Below, one piece after another: positions 1 to 13,309 of a DNA stretch of 64,000 bases. The notes under the pieces were generated by a model. It ran no database searches and was not told where the DNA came from. It saw only the letters and a program-made list of their open reading frames with translations. This DNA is from Enoplolaimus lenunculus (taxonomy: Eukaryota). Each line of letters begins with the position of its first letter. The stretch's first letter is position 1. The position numbers were made by a program, and so were the translations under genes. The stretch spans positions 62,001-126,000 of the forward strand of contig JASANG010000753.1 of the NCBI GenBank assembly GCA_030248215.1. Reading direction: 5' to 3'.

Positions 1-1238
1 CAGTCACAACAGCGGTACGGGGCCAGTAACGCTGGCATCGGTGGAAGCACGGATCGAATAATGCCAGACAGCTATTCAGGCGGCAGTGGACCGAGTTCAC
101 GAGGCGTCAGCGGTGCCGTTTCACCTCCCGGGGGGCAACAGCCACCGCGAGGAGGGGGGGTAGCGAACATGGGCGCCGGTCGGACTAATAGCCCGGTTAC
201 TCAGCATGCCGGCGGGCCACCTGGACCGGTTAATAGTGGCGGACCTGGACGCGGTGGAGGTGAGTGACCATTTTTTGAGGAATTCGGGTATTGTTTTTGT
301 TTAATTTACAATATCATCTGTGGTATGGTACAAGTTAACTGTTCCATTTCCGATGTAGTATTATTGTTAAATGCAAATTTTAAGCTGGAAGAATTTCTGA
401 CATGATTTTTTATGCATTTGAGTGTAAGCATGTGAAACATGTTTGTCCTGGTGCATGTGCAATGTGTGAGTTCGAGTCGCCCTTGTATGCTTGCTTTTTC
501 AGCTGCTTAGTTTAAAACTTGTTTCCTACATAGGCTGAATTTGGGGCTACGCCGTGAGCGGAATAGCAAATTGCTGTGCTTTGAACACGGCATGCAGTTG
601 AAATAGAGGAACCGGCCAAGGGACGCCCTTGGTGAAAATTGGACATGTAAGCATATGAAACATGTTTGTTCCGGTGAATATGCAAAGGGACGCCCTTGGT
701 GAAAATTGGACATGTAAGCATATGAAACATGTTTGTTCCGGTGCATATGCACTATATGCAATGCACATTGTGCAGTATGCTTTGCGGCAACATGCAATCG
801 ACACATATAGGTCGACAAAAAGTAGCTAGAGAGGTTGGCTCAGTGCCGCAGTGGTAGAGCGCTTGCCTCAAAATCCTATGGCAGCTAATTCGAGCCGCTC
901 CTGTATGCCTGCTTTCCTACCTGCCAAATGGGGTTGAAGTCCCGGTTCCTGCCTAGACTGACATTGAATATCATTTTTATCGAATAATAAATAAGTCACT
1001 GTGTATCGTTTTAGGCCCCGCGATGCGTGGAGGTCGCGGTGGCATGCGAGGCGGTTACCGCGGCGGAGGTTATTCTTCTGGAGGAGGGGGGCCCGCGCAA
1101 CGATCCGCATCGTATAGTTCCACAGGAAGCTCTGCCGGTGGTCCTCAGTATGCGCAACAACATAATCAACAACAGCAACAACCAGCGCGGCACAATCTGT
1201 CGGTACAAAAACAATCAAATACAGCAGTCAGCGAATAA
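1..1238 (+). CDS. 3' end (last two coding exons) of a Gly/Pro-rich, RGG-box protein gene, probably an RNA-binding protein
   Basis: Frame +1 open from 1 to 259 (QSQQRYGASN...GGPGRGG), GTGAGT donor at 260, TTTTAG acceptor ending 1014. Exon 1015-1238 splices in frame (phase 1) to GPAMRGGRGGMRGGYRGGG...NTAVSE*. Family not identifiable from the low-complexity tail alone. Confidence 0.75.
619..743. repeat. Intronic direct duplication of about 57 bp
   Basis: GGGACGCCCTTGGTGAAAATTGGACATGTAAGCATATGAAACATGTTTGTTCCGGTG at about 619 and 687; partial copy near 424-455. Confidence 0.8.
837..955 (+). mobile_element. Degenerate tRNA-derived SINE-like remnant
   Basis: GGCTCAGTGCCGCAGTGGTAGAGCGCTTGCCT resembles a tRNA 5' half/A box; decayed TTCGAG B-box; no complete cloverleaf. 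Confidence 0.4.
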
Positions 1239-4200
1239 CAACGGTTCCAATTTGATAAAACTACGGCAATAATGATAAAAATTTGGAAAAATTCACGTGA
1301 GTCAGTGCCACTGGCGACCTTAGCTAAATAGGTATTGTATGAAATTTGGATAATTCAGGGCTGAAATGTTTTACGTACGTACTCTTAGATTTGAGTTTAC
1401 TTTGGTATTTGTGGTTGGTTAAAGTATATCCATCTATACGGCAGAGTGACGAATTAAACGGGTTTTAGCTATTGGTAATTTCGTGTACGGTTATATTGTG
1501 GTAATTGTCTTTAGGCAACTACTTACAGTTGATCCGTATTGCGGTATGGTTATGGTAACTTTTGAACTGTGTGGCTGGTGTGCACGTTGGGTATACAGGG
1601 TTAATATAGAGGGTATGCGGTATTTTTGGTAGAAATCCAAAGTTGGTAAATGTGGCGAACTGTGAACGCTGGGTACTTCAAAATAGTCGTTTGAGAAACA
1701 AGCCTTGTGTCATCCTGCTGGCTCGGAATATTGTTTTTGTGGTTTTGGTAGTCGAACCCAGAATAGTTACACGCTGTAAGTTGTGAACCATTTGCTGTGA
1801 TGCAAATAACACTAATAGCATAAAACAAAATAACACTAATGAAGACACTGTAAACATAAACAAATAAAAACAATAAGGAATATCATTAAGCAACTATATT
1901 CTGATGTGTATGCTAATTTACGGAGTAGCAGACTGCTGTACTTTCCGCCGACAGGGGAAAATCTTTGGTCGGTTAGGGATGTTTTTGGGCCTTTGGGGTA
2001 CCAGAATTTGGGGAAGGTTGTTAAGAAGCGTATTGGAAGCCTGATACAGACAAGCTGTCGAAATCACTGGTTTTGGTTACGGTGATTATGGGGTAGCGAA
2101 AACTATATAAATAGTGAAACATTTTTGTGTTGTTTGGCAACCTCACCTAAATTGTATTAGGAGTCAAAGTAAACCAGTGATTGTGCTGCGATTTTTGGCG
2201 ATTCAAGGCAAAAGTGTGTGGGGTATGGAAGAGAACATTTGGTTTATCCCAGCATATTTTGGCGTGTATTCGGAAATTGTGACAGAAAACAACAACGGAC
2301 TATCATCATCAACAACAACAATACCAACAGTACGATTTAGGCGATTTGACAACAAATTAATGGTATGTCAGTAAACCACAACTTTGGCGAGGATAACCTT
2401 TGTTTTTGCGAGACCGAAGAAAAATACTTTGGTCGTTTTTTATTATAGTTTAATTAATTGAACGAATGAACTCTGCGCAGTGACCAAATCACAAAGAAAC
2501 CTATACGTACGTATATTCGGGTTTTGGCAAATACTTGTTTACTTATCCTGCTGACGCTTTGAACTGCGAAATGTAATTCGCGTTATTATGAATGGAGACC
2601 CCTAGAGAGGATGGGCGTGCTAAGACAACTATTTTAATAGGTGATGGTTAGTGCCGGCTACCAAAATGATTGAAAGCGCGTTAACTCAATAATGTTGCAA
2701 CCAACGCTTGAGTTTACAACTTAAAACGGTAAACTGATGCTGCGCTAATGTGTTTCAGTCGGGGGATTTTACCAGCCCTGACCATCGACGGATAAAAGGA
2801 TTCCGTTAGGCATCGCACGATAGATTATTCACTTCCTGCAGTTTACTCTCAAAATATCGTCGACGGTTTCTTGCTTAGTGATTAACGAACAAAAATTTTA
2901 ATTTGTCCCTCCAGGTAGTTGGTTGATTTGAAAACGTTAAGCTAATTTTTCCAACATGATAATTTTAACTAATCAAAAACTGTAAAATATTTTTAACATA
3001 TTATGTTTGTGGTTTACCTGTTTTCGGGGGCGCATGATAAATCGGCCTCATGATCCCGGTTTAGATCATACTTCGTCTTTGGGTTCAGATGCTACCGATA
3101 GCTCCTATACAGTCGTGTGGTGTCACCGTTTGAGAATATAACGCTGCGCGTTAGTATCTTTGTAATAAATCGAGTTTTTTGGTAGCCGGTGCGTGTTTGA
3201 TTGTTAAGATTATACTTATATTGGTATGAATCAGGGGCGTAACCAGGTTTTCACTTCAAGATTGTTTAGGTTAAGAATTTTTGAACTTGTATATTATGTA
3301 GTGATCGAAACAACAGTGTTGGCTCCTACAACGCAGTAGATTGGTTGAAAAGTGTGTAGAAGTAAAGTATATTTATTTTTCTAGTTTGTTTTTATTCTGA
3401 TGAGTGTTATTGGTTTGTGTAATAGCTTGTATACGCCTCTGGTTCTACGACGGAATGGGTTATAATTAACACAAACAATAATAATACAACTACTACTAAC
3501 TACTTTACCAGCCCGTAGTCAGAGGAAGGCCAGGACAAACTTAGCCCGTCTGGAATCAATTTAGCCCCGTTTGTATGTCATTCTAAATAAACCGTTTACC
3601 ACTACTAAGATTGTTTTAGCCAGTCCCTGGCATATTGACCTGGCTACGGGCATGTTACATTTATTAAATGTTACGACGCTCAACCCACCAGCTGTGCCCT
3701 TCTTGTGTCTAGTGCGAACTGTCTCGTGTATGTAATACATACGATAATATATAGTATAATACATACTATCGTTATTAATATGTGTATATCTATATATATT
3801 CGTACGTTCGTATGTGTTTTGTGGTATATGACGTCTTGCATTTCATGTGTATATTATTGATGTAGGTGAATCAGGCAAAACTGCTAAATCTGTGGACCGC
3901 CTAAGAAAATGCATCTAATCATTAGCCTATCCTTGATGGACAAGATATTAGCAGTCTTTAGTCAGTTTCAATGGCTGGTCCATATTCACTATCTCCGGCC
4001 GTCGTAAATGACGGATTCGTACAAAATAGTGAGTTGTTTAGTTTTTATCGTTTTATATATTTGGCATATAGGCATATATATGACTGGACGGTTTTGTTTA
4101 CACTATTCTGAAAAACAGTACGGGTTTAAAAAGTGAAAAGCTTACGCTCAATCTTTGGCATACGCTGAACCTAAGCATAACTGTATTAACGTGAGCGTCA

Positions 4201-4784
4201 ACTTAAGACTTAGGACTCAGCCAGAAATTTTTCTGTAAACATTTCACGGAGCGCATACGTATCTATTATATAGTACGTACTTAGGTAGCTATCTATACGT
4301 ACATGCAAGCGTTTCTTTTCTTGACACGAATTGACCAGCAAGTAATTTTGTGCGGAACACAACTAGAAATTAGATTTGACTCCGGCCGGAATTCCAATTC
4401 AAACCTGGGAGGAAGAAACGCTCGTGGTTAGCATCTGGGTTTGCCATTTAAATTTATTCTGTTGAACTGTGTATCAATGAGCCTTTTTATATGTTTCGTT
4501 TACCTGGAATGGTTTGATACCGTGTAGTTCTGTGGTAAAGAATTTTAAACAACAACAACAACAACAAACAAATCCAACTCAACCAAGCAAAACAATTATT
4601 CGAACGACGGCGCAGAAGTACGACGTTAGGTAATGTTGGTTCGGAATGTTTTTGTTGTCAGTGAAATACTTTTTACATTTTCTTTGATTTACACGTAGCA
4701 TTTAAATAAAACTTATAAGATGTGGTCCAAAAAACTTATAAGATGTGGTCCAAAAATTCAACTTACCGTGTTTCTGGCTGTAGG

Positions 4785-5110
4785 CAGGGTGCAACCGGGA
4801 TTACAATTTACTGGAACCGGAATGGAAAAAAATTACCGGAAACGGAACCTAGGTATTCACTTTATCTGCTGTACTTTAGAATTTCATAGTCTACGGAAGC
4901 GTAATCTACCCTCGACGGTTTATTTTTGGCGATTGTTAAGATTTGCACACTACTAATAAAATCTTTTGTTCAATTTTTATCCTCGTTTTTTAGTAAAATA
5001 TCTTAATTTCCTCCGACCAAATTTTGACACCGGCATTTTTAGTTCCGGTAAAAGTTTGCGGGAACTGGAAGCTCAAAAATTGCCGGAATCCGAATTTTGG
5101 TTACACCCTG
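4785..5110. mobile_element. hAT-like MITE (CAGGGTGCAACC termini, CCGG-rich)
   Basis: TIRs CAGGGTG...CACCCTG; 8-bp flanks GCTGTAGG/TCTGTAGG (7/8). Confidence 0.7.
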
Positions 5111-5328
5111 TCTGTAGGTAGTAGTATTTTTGTAATTGGTTGTTTTTTTGCAAAATTCAAATTGACCTGTATGATGATGAAAGCGTATCGCTGATTTCTG
5201 TGGTTGGTTATACGTAAGAAACGACACGGTACGTTTGTTTTATTATTTTGTGTAAATTTTACAATATGCGTTAGTTGTGTTACGGAACCTGTATTGGTAT
5301 GCACAAGCCGTATCGTCGTACTGTTGAG

Positions 5329-5505
5329 TAAGGGTTGCGCTGTACTAGTTGCACGACGCTGTCCGTCACCCGTCTGGCGCCGTCCATACCCCGTGTACGG
5401 CGCCGTCCGTCATCATACGGTATCGTATCTTAGCACCGTGACGGGCGGCGGCGCCGTTTGAGTGACGGACGACGCCGGACGTCTTCAAAAGCATAGCGCC
5501 GCCTT
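5329..5505. mobile_element. GC-rich MITE (AGGGTTGCG terminus); second copy at about 8036-8232
   Basis: Two clearly homologous copies with GACGG/CCGTC repeats and imperfect terminal inverted repeats. Confidence 0.55.
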
Positions 5506-5618
5506 TAGAGTTGGTTCTGTTTACTTGAATTTAGAGCTCAACTGCGTAGTTAGTATGGTTTAACTGGATATCCGGAAAAAAGCGACTTCCGGCACCGGTA
5601 TTCAAACCTGCCTGCCGG

Positions 5619-6008
5619 CAGGGTGCAACCGGAATTCCGGTTCCGGTATTTTTTCACCGTCTGGTTCCGGTTCCGGTAAATTTTTACCGGAACAAAAATT
5701 CCGGTATTAAAATTTGGTCGGCTTTAATTAAGATTTTTTGCTAGAGGATGACGATAAAAATTAACTAGATTTCATTAATACTGTATGCAAACCTTGACAA
5801 TCGCCAAAACTAAACCATGGATTATGAAAATCTAAACTACAGCAGGTAAAGTGAATACCTATCTTCAGCAAGGGTTATTTCATCAATGATGTTGCAAAAA
5901 AGAAAATTAAAATGAATCTTTCGGTGGCATGTATTTTATTTTCCGGTTCCGTTTGCGGTAAATATTCAAATTCCGGTTCCGATGAATGGTAATTCCGGTT
6001 GCACCCTA
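5619..6008. mobile_element. hAT-like MITE, inverted relative to the 4785 copy, nested in a related element (about 5555-6325)
   Basis: TIRs CAGGGTGCAACCGGAATT...AATTCCGGTTGCACCCTA; flanks CCTGCCGG/CCTGTCGG (7/8). Confidence 0.7.
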
Positions 6009-9000
6009 CCTGTCGGATGTTTGTTCTGAAGATCTTCAAAAATTGAATTTTTTCAGTTTATTTTTAATTGGATTTTACAAGTTTATGTTACTGAACGGAA
6101 TAACAGTAGTCAAAAATTTATGATTTAGCCTGTTGATTAGTAATATAGTTTTATTGAATCAGTTAGTAAGTTTCAAAACTCAATTATTAAAATCTGTCAC
6201 CATTTTTATGTTGCGAAAACCACGTGTACACTGAATATCCGGCTCTGGCAACTGCCGGATCCGTTTATTGAACTATATATCTGCCTCCGGCTCCGGCGTT
6301 TTTTTTGGTATCCGGTTAAACCCTGGTACTTAGCCCAATTAAGTCAAGCAGTGGAATGAACGAATTTCATTATAACTTTTTCTATTCAAAATAAGACAAT
6401 TTTATCGTAGAACATATTCAAATTTAAAATTAGGCAGCCAGGCGGTTCATATAGGATTTTTGGGGTTGTAGGTACCATAATTTTGTTATATTTTTTCTTG
6501 CTGTGTTCTATGCTTTGTGTTACATTAGTTTGCTATTGCAACGCGCAGTTGGTAGTACGGCAATATTGTATATATGTGCTACCCTTAATTACTTATATGT
6601 AATTCGGGATACGTATATATATAATTGAAGTGGAGTTGGATTACTTTGAAATTCATGCGGTATATACGTATAATAACTGATTGAGCAGAGCGAAGACAAA
6701 AAAATATAACCAAAATACGAACGAACGAACGAACGAACGAAATTTTGATATACACGTAGTTTTACAGAATACAGCTGCTTGCGCTTTGCTGGTTGTAACG
6801 CCGCTGTTAGTTTTTTGGTTTCCAATCTGATATGCGGTGCCGTGCGGCAATTTTCGACAAATTTGCCAGACGTGTCACCACTGGACAGTGTTTAAATAGT
6901 CAAAAAAAACGATTTAGCGCCACCCCCGGCGCTGTGTTGTGACATTAGTAAAAAGTGCATCCGGTTCACACGGATTTGTGTGGTTGTTGGTGCTGTTGTT
7001 GTTGTTGTTTTTGTTTTATACAGTTTAGGTTTTCATCCGAACCCAGTGTAGAGGAGCAAACAGTGAAAAATGCGGCGTAATTGCAACGGGATGCGTTTGG
7101 AAACAGTGAAAATTGAATTTCAAGCGAACTTTGCATGAATATTAGTAAAAGTGTTTAGTAGAGATGGCCCAGCGGCAGTCTCGGTACCGGGTATCGTGTC
7201 ACGCGACATTTTGTTGATACTCCCATGTTGTGAAGTTAGTGTTACTTGCCATATCGCATCGCGCGACATTTTGCCTATCGGTAATGTAATAAACTTACTC
7301 TGCTGCGTTCGGATTGTGGCTAAATGCTGCCACGGGACATTGTGTTTCCGGTACCGTCCATGGTATCGTATGGCCCCGGCCTCTCTGGCGGCGCCGCGGC
7401 CGGGACCCCCGGACATCTTTAAAGTGTAGTATATGTCGCAATTTGCTGTACACAGTAATTTACATATATTCTATCCACGATACACTGTTCAGTCCAAATT
7501 CACTGCCCATGTTAACCATAGGGACCTGATCTGTTTACTTAGCGTAAGCCTAATCATAAGCCCAAGGCTTCTCAATCTAAACCCCCCTGTGTCATAGTGA
7601 ACAGGCCCCTGTAATTAACATGGGTCAGATTTACCATGTACTGTGCTGTTTGTACTGCTTCAATGTGATGTATATCCGCATTGTATGTATTGCTATTGCT
7701 ATTTTGTAGCAGTAGTAGAAGAATTAGACAGGACTCACCCAGAAATTTTCAAAATCTGATTTTTAGTTAAAAAATATATTTGCTTTTGTGATGCAATATT
7801 TCCTAGTTACTTTAGACTAAATTCGACTGTAATATGAATCATATTTGTATGTTAAAGCAAAAATATAAGATAGTGTAATCCTACCATTCAGCTCAAAGTT
7901 TCAGATATATGTATATATATATATGATACATATATATTTTATATTTACCTATTTATATATGCGTCTTATGTTGCTAATCCTTTTGGCATTATTGTTCACC
8001 CAAGATATGAACGCTTTCGGAAACAGTACCGTCGTAAGGGTTGCGCTTGTACTTATCGTACGGCGCTGTTCGTCACCGTGCGTCGCTGTCCGTCGCCATA
8101 CGGTATGTTGCTGTGAGTAATTCGCGTACGATACAGCACCGTGACTGGCGCCGCCGTAAAGGTGACGGACGGCGTCGTTCGGATGACGGACGGCACGCAT
8201 CGGACGTCATCAAACGGTATATCGCTACCCTAACACTTATCTATAGTTGCAGCTTGTTTTGTTATATATGTGGTGCTTGTTTACTTGGCACCACTTCGAA
8301 ACAAGGTCTCCCCCACCCACGGCCCGTCTTAACCTGGTGGCAGGTATGGGCTTGTAACTCCAGCGTAGGCTCCGGAAAACAATAAACACAATATTGTGGG
8401 GGGATGCTTGTGACATCAGTGACATCAACAGTAAGTGACAACAGCTGTAGGGTAAGTAAACATGTACCATGTATTTTGCGTTAAACTCTGGTGGTTTGAA
8501 AATTAGGGTCCGCGTACAAGTTCAATATATAAACGCGAGGTTGTGGTTGCCAATGTCTCTCAGGTTCGAGTCAAAATGTGGATATTGAATTTCGGGATCA
8601 TCGAATTCAAATAAGTACGTAGTGCTAAATCGTAACTCTGGGAACCAAATGCATACGACTAGGTTTTGTTATACATTAGGGCCCATGATAATTATAGGGA
8701 CGTCGCTACTGAAGGACGGGAGACGTAGAGGCTGCGAAGCTTAGGCCTAAGGAGTTCGTTTAGGCTTTGGCAGGCCTCTGTCTAGTGAACATGGGTCATA
8801 ATTCGTATATCTATGTTTAGTGCTATAATTAGCGTTTTGGTATGGTTGTTTTGTTTAAGCATTTTTTGTGTGTGTGCTGTAGCAGATTTGCTCGAACAAT
8901 ATTTAGCTTTAACTCGATATAAGTCGAGCGCTCATTAGCTGTTTTTATATAAGTTTTAAAGAAACGGCGGACACCACACTATTGCGGGCGTGAGTTTTGA

Positions 9001-9666
9001 GAGTTTTCCTAGTTGTCTTGTGATTTAGTGCTACGACGAAACGTCGAGTTGGTTCCAATTTTGTATCTGAGTGTGCAGTTGTTAATTTTCCACGGGCTGT
9101 TGACAAATTTGTTTGAGCAAGCATATTTTATTTTTAAACATTCGATTTGACCATTTTTGCCCAAAAATTACATTAAAATATATTTTACAGCTGGATCAGA
9201 GAGGAGTTTTCGTCATTAATATATCTGTATCACTGAATCACTATTGTGTTTTATAGTCAAATGCTCTACCGTGATTTCTTCTGTGTGTAACATTATATGT
9301 ACGTATAATATAGCCTGTAAGTCTTACATTCTAAATTTGCTAACTATGTTTGCGTCATCGTTTCGTATGAAAAGTTATCAATGATTTGGTTTCAATTATA
9401 TGCCGAAATTTTAGTATCATCGGTTGTAAACCGTTTTGGTTCAACCGGTATGGGAATTGAGCGAAGTCAAGTTTAACCTCTATCCATGTATATATGTGAC
9501 AACCAGATCACGAACCAAATCTTAGGGTGTATTTTTGACGCTTAAAGGTTTCAGGTTTTACTCACATTATATATACATGAAGCGCAGGTTTTGGTTAGGG
9601 CGTATTATATGTACATGAACCGTAAAGATATGTCTACTCTGGTGTGGCGTTGATTAGAGTATATAT

Positions 9667-9910
9667 GTCGTAGGCCAGCCTGGTATTCAGGCCAATTACC
9701 AAATGGCTTAGGTCAATCTGCTATTCGAAGCAAATAGTAGTTTGGTCTAGGCCAAATATCGATTGTGAGATTTCGCAAAACAGCAGTGATCGTCTGTTCA
9801 AACAGTCGAATCTGATTGGTCCATAAGTTCAATAGCAGCTTGGCCCAGGTCACACTGCTATTACGTAAAATAGCAGATTGGCCTATCTTAATTAGTAATT
9901 GGCCTACGGT
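9667..9910. mobile_element. MITE with GTCGTAGGCC/GGCCTACGG termini; second copy at about 40235-40529
   Basis: Shared CTGGTATTCAGGCCAATTACC core and inverted termini in both copies. Confidence 0.6.
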
Positions 9911-10651
9911 ATTATATACTATGAGCAAATAAATACAAATAATAAATATACGAGCAATACAGGTAATGTGATCCGTGTTTACCAATCCTAACATATATGA
10001 GCAGTGCAAAATACGCACAAGACGTCAGAGCCTCCTCGAGCTCGAACGTCAAGCTCCTATAACTGAGTGGTAATCTTAAACGCCTCGCACCCGTGAGACT
10101 GGTGATCGACTCGTACCTTGAAATTACATCTCATATGAACTTATTCATATGAGAAAGAGTTAAGGACGTTTTGAGTTGTAGGCCGGACTTATTAATGGCG
10201 AATATAGTTGTTTGTCCTGGTTTGGTTTTCACAGTAACCCGGAACTTCAAAATCTGCCTGATGTTAACCTTAATAGTGTTTTTTTACTATTTCAATTTGA
10301 AACTTAACGCGTTTATTTAGCATGTACCTTTTACACTGAAAATCATATATAGCAAATATATACCTACCTGACTTGATTTCTTTAGTGCTATATTTCTTGG
10401 ATGAGTAAGAAAGTACTTAACATACTGTAGTTAGCAAAGAATTTTAGCCAGCTGGTGGATATTTGCTGTGTATACTCTATATATTAGGATTTAATTATAT
10501 GCATGTGAGTTTAAACTTTATGAAGGATTTGAATGTTTTCACTTTGTCGGATTAAATTTTTTTGTTTTGTGCTTTGTTTGAGCGACAAGATCTACACCTG
10601 GTCCAAGAGAACCGTAAACATATTGAATGTCCAGTGTTTTACAAAACAATA

Positions 10652-11449
10652 CACTGTAAATTCCAATGAATTCATTAATTAATTCAGCTAGCGAGCTGGT
10701 TATTTCTGAATTAATATCAGCAAACAACTCGGAGTTGAGTCGATTCTCACTCTGAGTTGGGCTGACTGGTTGAGTTGTTTAACCCCTTCTCACATTGAGT
10801 TGCCTGTAGGCAACTCAGCGCAGTGTATATACGATAAATAGTATATATCGCACGGTGTTTAACAATTGCAACACGTTGTACTAAGTCACCACAAGACGTG
10901 AGAGCCCTCTCGGGCTCGAGCGTCAAGCTCCTATAGCTGAGTGGTGATGGTGTACGCCTCCCACTCCAGTCACTGGAGTTCGAATCCTAGCATAAAGGTA
11001 GGTTTCAGGGGAAATAGAAAATATTCATGTGAGAAAGGGTTAAGCGAAAAATTTTCAGTTTACAATCTATAACCCCTTCTCACATTGAGTTGCCTGTAGG
11101 CAACTCAGCGCAGTGTATATACGATAAATAGTATATATCGCACGGTGTTTAACAATTGCAACACGTATACATAGTACTAAATCACCACAAGACGTGAGAG
11201 CCCTCGGGCTCGAGCGTCAAGCTCCTATTGCTGAGTGGTGATGGTATACGCCTCCCACTCCAGTCACTGGAGTTCGAATTCTAGCATAAAGGTAGGTTTC
11301 AGGGAAAATAGAAAATATTCATGTGAGAAAGGGTTAATTAACTCACAATGAATTGAATCAACTCAATATTCTGAGTTCTGATAGTCTTAACTCAGACTGA
11401 GTTATTCAACTCATTCTGAGATAAAATCAACTCACTGAGATTTAGAGTG
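10652..11449. mobile_element. CACTA/CMC-like MITE (GAGTT-rich family) interrupted by a piggyBac-like dimer; other copies 28800-29051 and about 57990-58227
   Basis: CACTGTAAAT...ATTTAGAGTG termini with TA on both sides; collinear with the uninterrupted copy at 28800-29051. Confidence 0.65.
10783..11333 (+). mobile_element. piggyBac-like MITE dimer with internal tRNA-derived A/B boxes
   Basis: Units 10783-11039 and 11073-11333; TIRs CCCCTTCTCACAT/ATGTGAGAAAGGG; TTAA at 10779-10782 and 11334-11337; A box TAGCTGAGTGG 10934-10944, B box GGAGTTCGAATCC 10975-10987. Confidence 0.8.
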
Positions 11450-12749
11450 TACGATAGGTAGTACTAGAATTTAAATTCAAAAGGAGCGGAAATTCCGCTT
11501 TATAACCAGTTTAAACTTTAGACTAATTTTTTTGCTTAGGCTTAGGAATGGGCTCATCCGAACGCTTAAGCTTAGGAATATGCTTATACTACTGTTCCGG
11601 CCCTGTTTTATACATGGGCCGCGTACGAATAAGCATATTCGTAAGCTGAAGCCAAGCAAAAATAGCCTTAAGCTTACTCTGTTCTACTCCCACACAAAAA
11701 CGTTCCGCTCCAGATCTTTACATGGGCCAAAATTTCGACCAATAAATTTGAATTTCTTGACATCCAAATTCGATTCAAGAGGGCAACTGTATTAAGTCAT
11801 GTCTTTGCAACCCAACCATTAACTGATTTTACTTCGTTGTGCGTACTGTGCAGGTATTTTGTTTCCCTTGCTTTAAACTACGAATCTAGGAAACGTGACC
11901 ACCGAATTAGCTTACCTTATTATATATACGCTTGTGTCGAATTGTTCTGAACCAAAAACGATTAAACCCTTTGTCCTATGGTTGTGTTTGACAGAGCTTC
12001 AGGACACCAACTTCACAACTTGGGAGTATCAACAAAATGTCGCGTGACTCGGTATAAAAACGCTACCGTATTTCCAGGTATATATGCTTATGCAAAAGGT
12101 ACTTAAAAATTGAAGTCTATATTTTGCTAGCCCCGGGTAAAATCTAGGCCTCGGGACATCTCTAGTTAGAACATGCCCGGGACATCTCTAGTTAGAATAT
12201 GCCAACTTTCCTTAAATTTACGAAGCTGAAAAATTTTCAATTCCGAAAATAAGGGCGAAAAATACCAATTTCCCTATCGGAACCGGAATTCCGTTTGCAC
12301 CCTCGAATACCGAATAGCTGAAGTAAAGTTTTAGCGTTCCGCGCAATAAAAAGTTGCATTCGTGAAACTTTGATGCATATGCATTTCGGGGCCCATGTTA
12401 CTTTAGATCGGTCCCAATTTCTGGTCGGACTGCAAGAGTGGACTAAAATGTTGACTTAACGTCAGCTAGCGTGTCGTGTAGCCATTTAGGTAACGATCTG
12501 TGTGGTCCAGAAAAGCTCCGACATAAATGAACAACCAGCCCGTTTACTGAATAAAAGCATAGTTAACTCAACAGCGATAACTCAACTTATAATAATATAT
12601 CCATATTCTAAATAGAAGCTGTAAGCAATATAGAAAAATATGGCGTATAAATGCGGAATGCAGTGATATTAAAGAAAGCATAGCACACGTGCCATAAACA
12701 ACCGAAAAAACCAAAATATTAGATTGCACAGATCGTATAAAGAATTTAA

Positions 12750-13309
12750 CCCCTTCTCACATTGAGTTGCCTGTAGGCAACTCAGCGCAGGGTATATACG
12801 ATAAATAGTATATAACGCACCGTGTTTAACAATTGCAACCCCTATACATAGTACTAAATCACCACCACAAGACGTGAGAGCCCCCTCGGGCTCGAGCGTC
12901 AAGCTCCTATAGCTCTGTGGTGATGGTATACGCCTCCCACTCCAGTCACTGGAGACGAATCCTAGCATAAAAGTAGGTTTCAGGGGAAATAGAAAATATT
13001 CATGTGAGAAAGGGTTAATCGAAAAATTTTCAGTTTACTATCTATAACCCCTTCTCACATTGAGTTTCCTATAAGCAACTCAGCGCAGTGTATATACGTT
13101 ATATAATATATATCGCACCGTGTTTAACAGTTGCAACACGTATAGATAGTACTAAATCACCACAAGACGTGAGAGCCCCCTCGGGCTCGAGCGTCAAGCT
13201 CCTATAGCTGAGTGGTGATGGTATACGCTTCCGCTCCAGTCACTGGAGTTCGAATCCTAGTATAAAAGTAGGTTTCAGGGGAAATGGAAAATATTCATGT
13301 GAGAAAGGG
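12750..13309 (+). mobile_element. Second piggyBac-like MITE dimer, same family and same linker
   Basis: Units 12750-13014 and 13048-13309; TTAA at 12746-12749 and 13310-13313; a partial inverted end follows at about 13322. Confidence 0.8.

Noticed and set aside
10927..11000. Functional tRNA genes in the repeated elements (also about 837 and 30244)
   Set aside because: A/B boxes are present but there is no paired acceptor stem or proper anticodon arm; embedded in TE copies.
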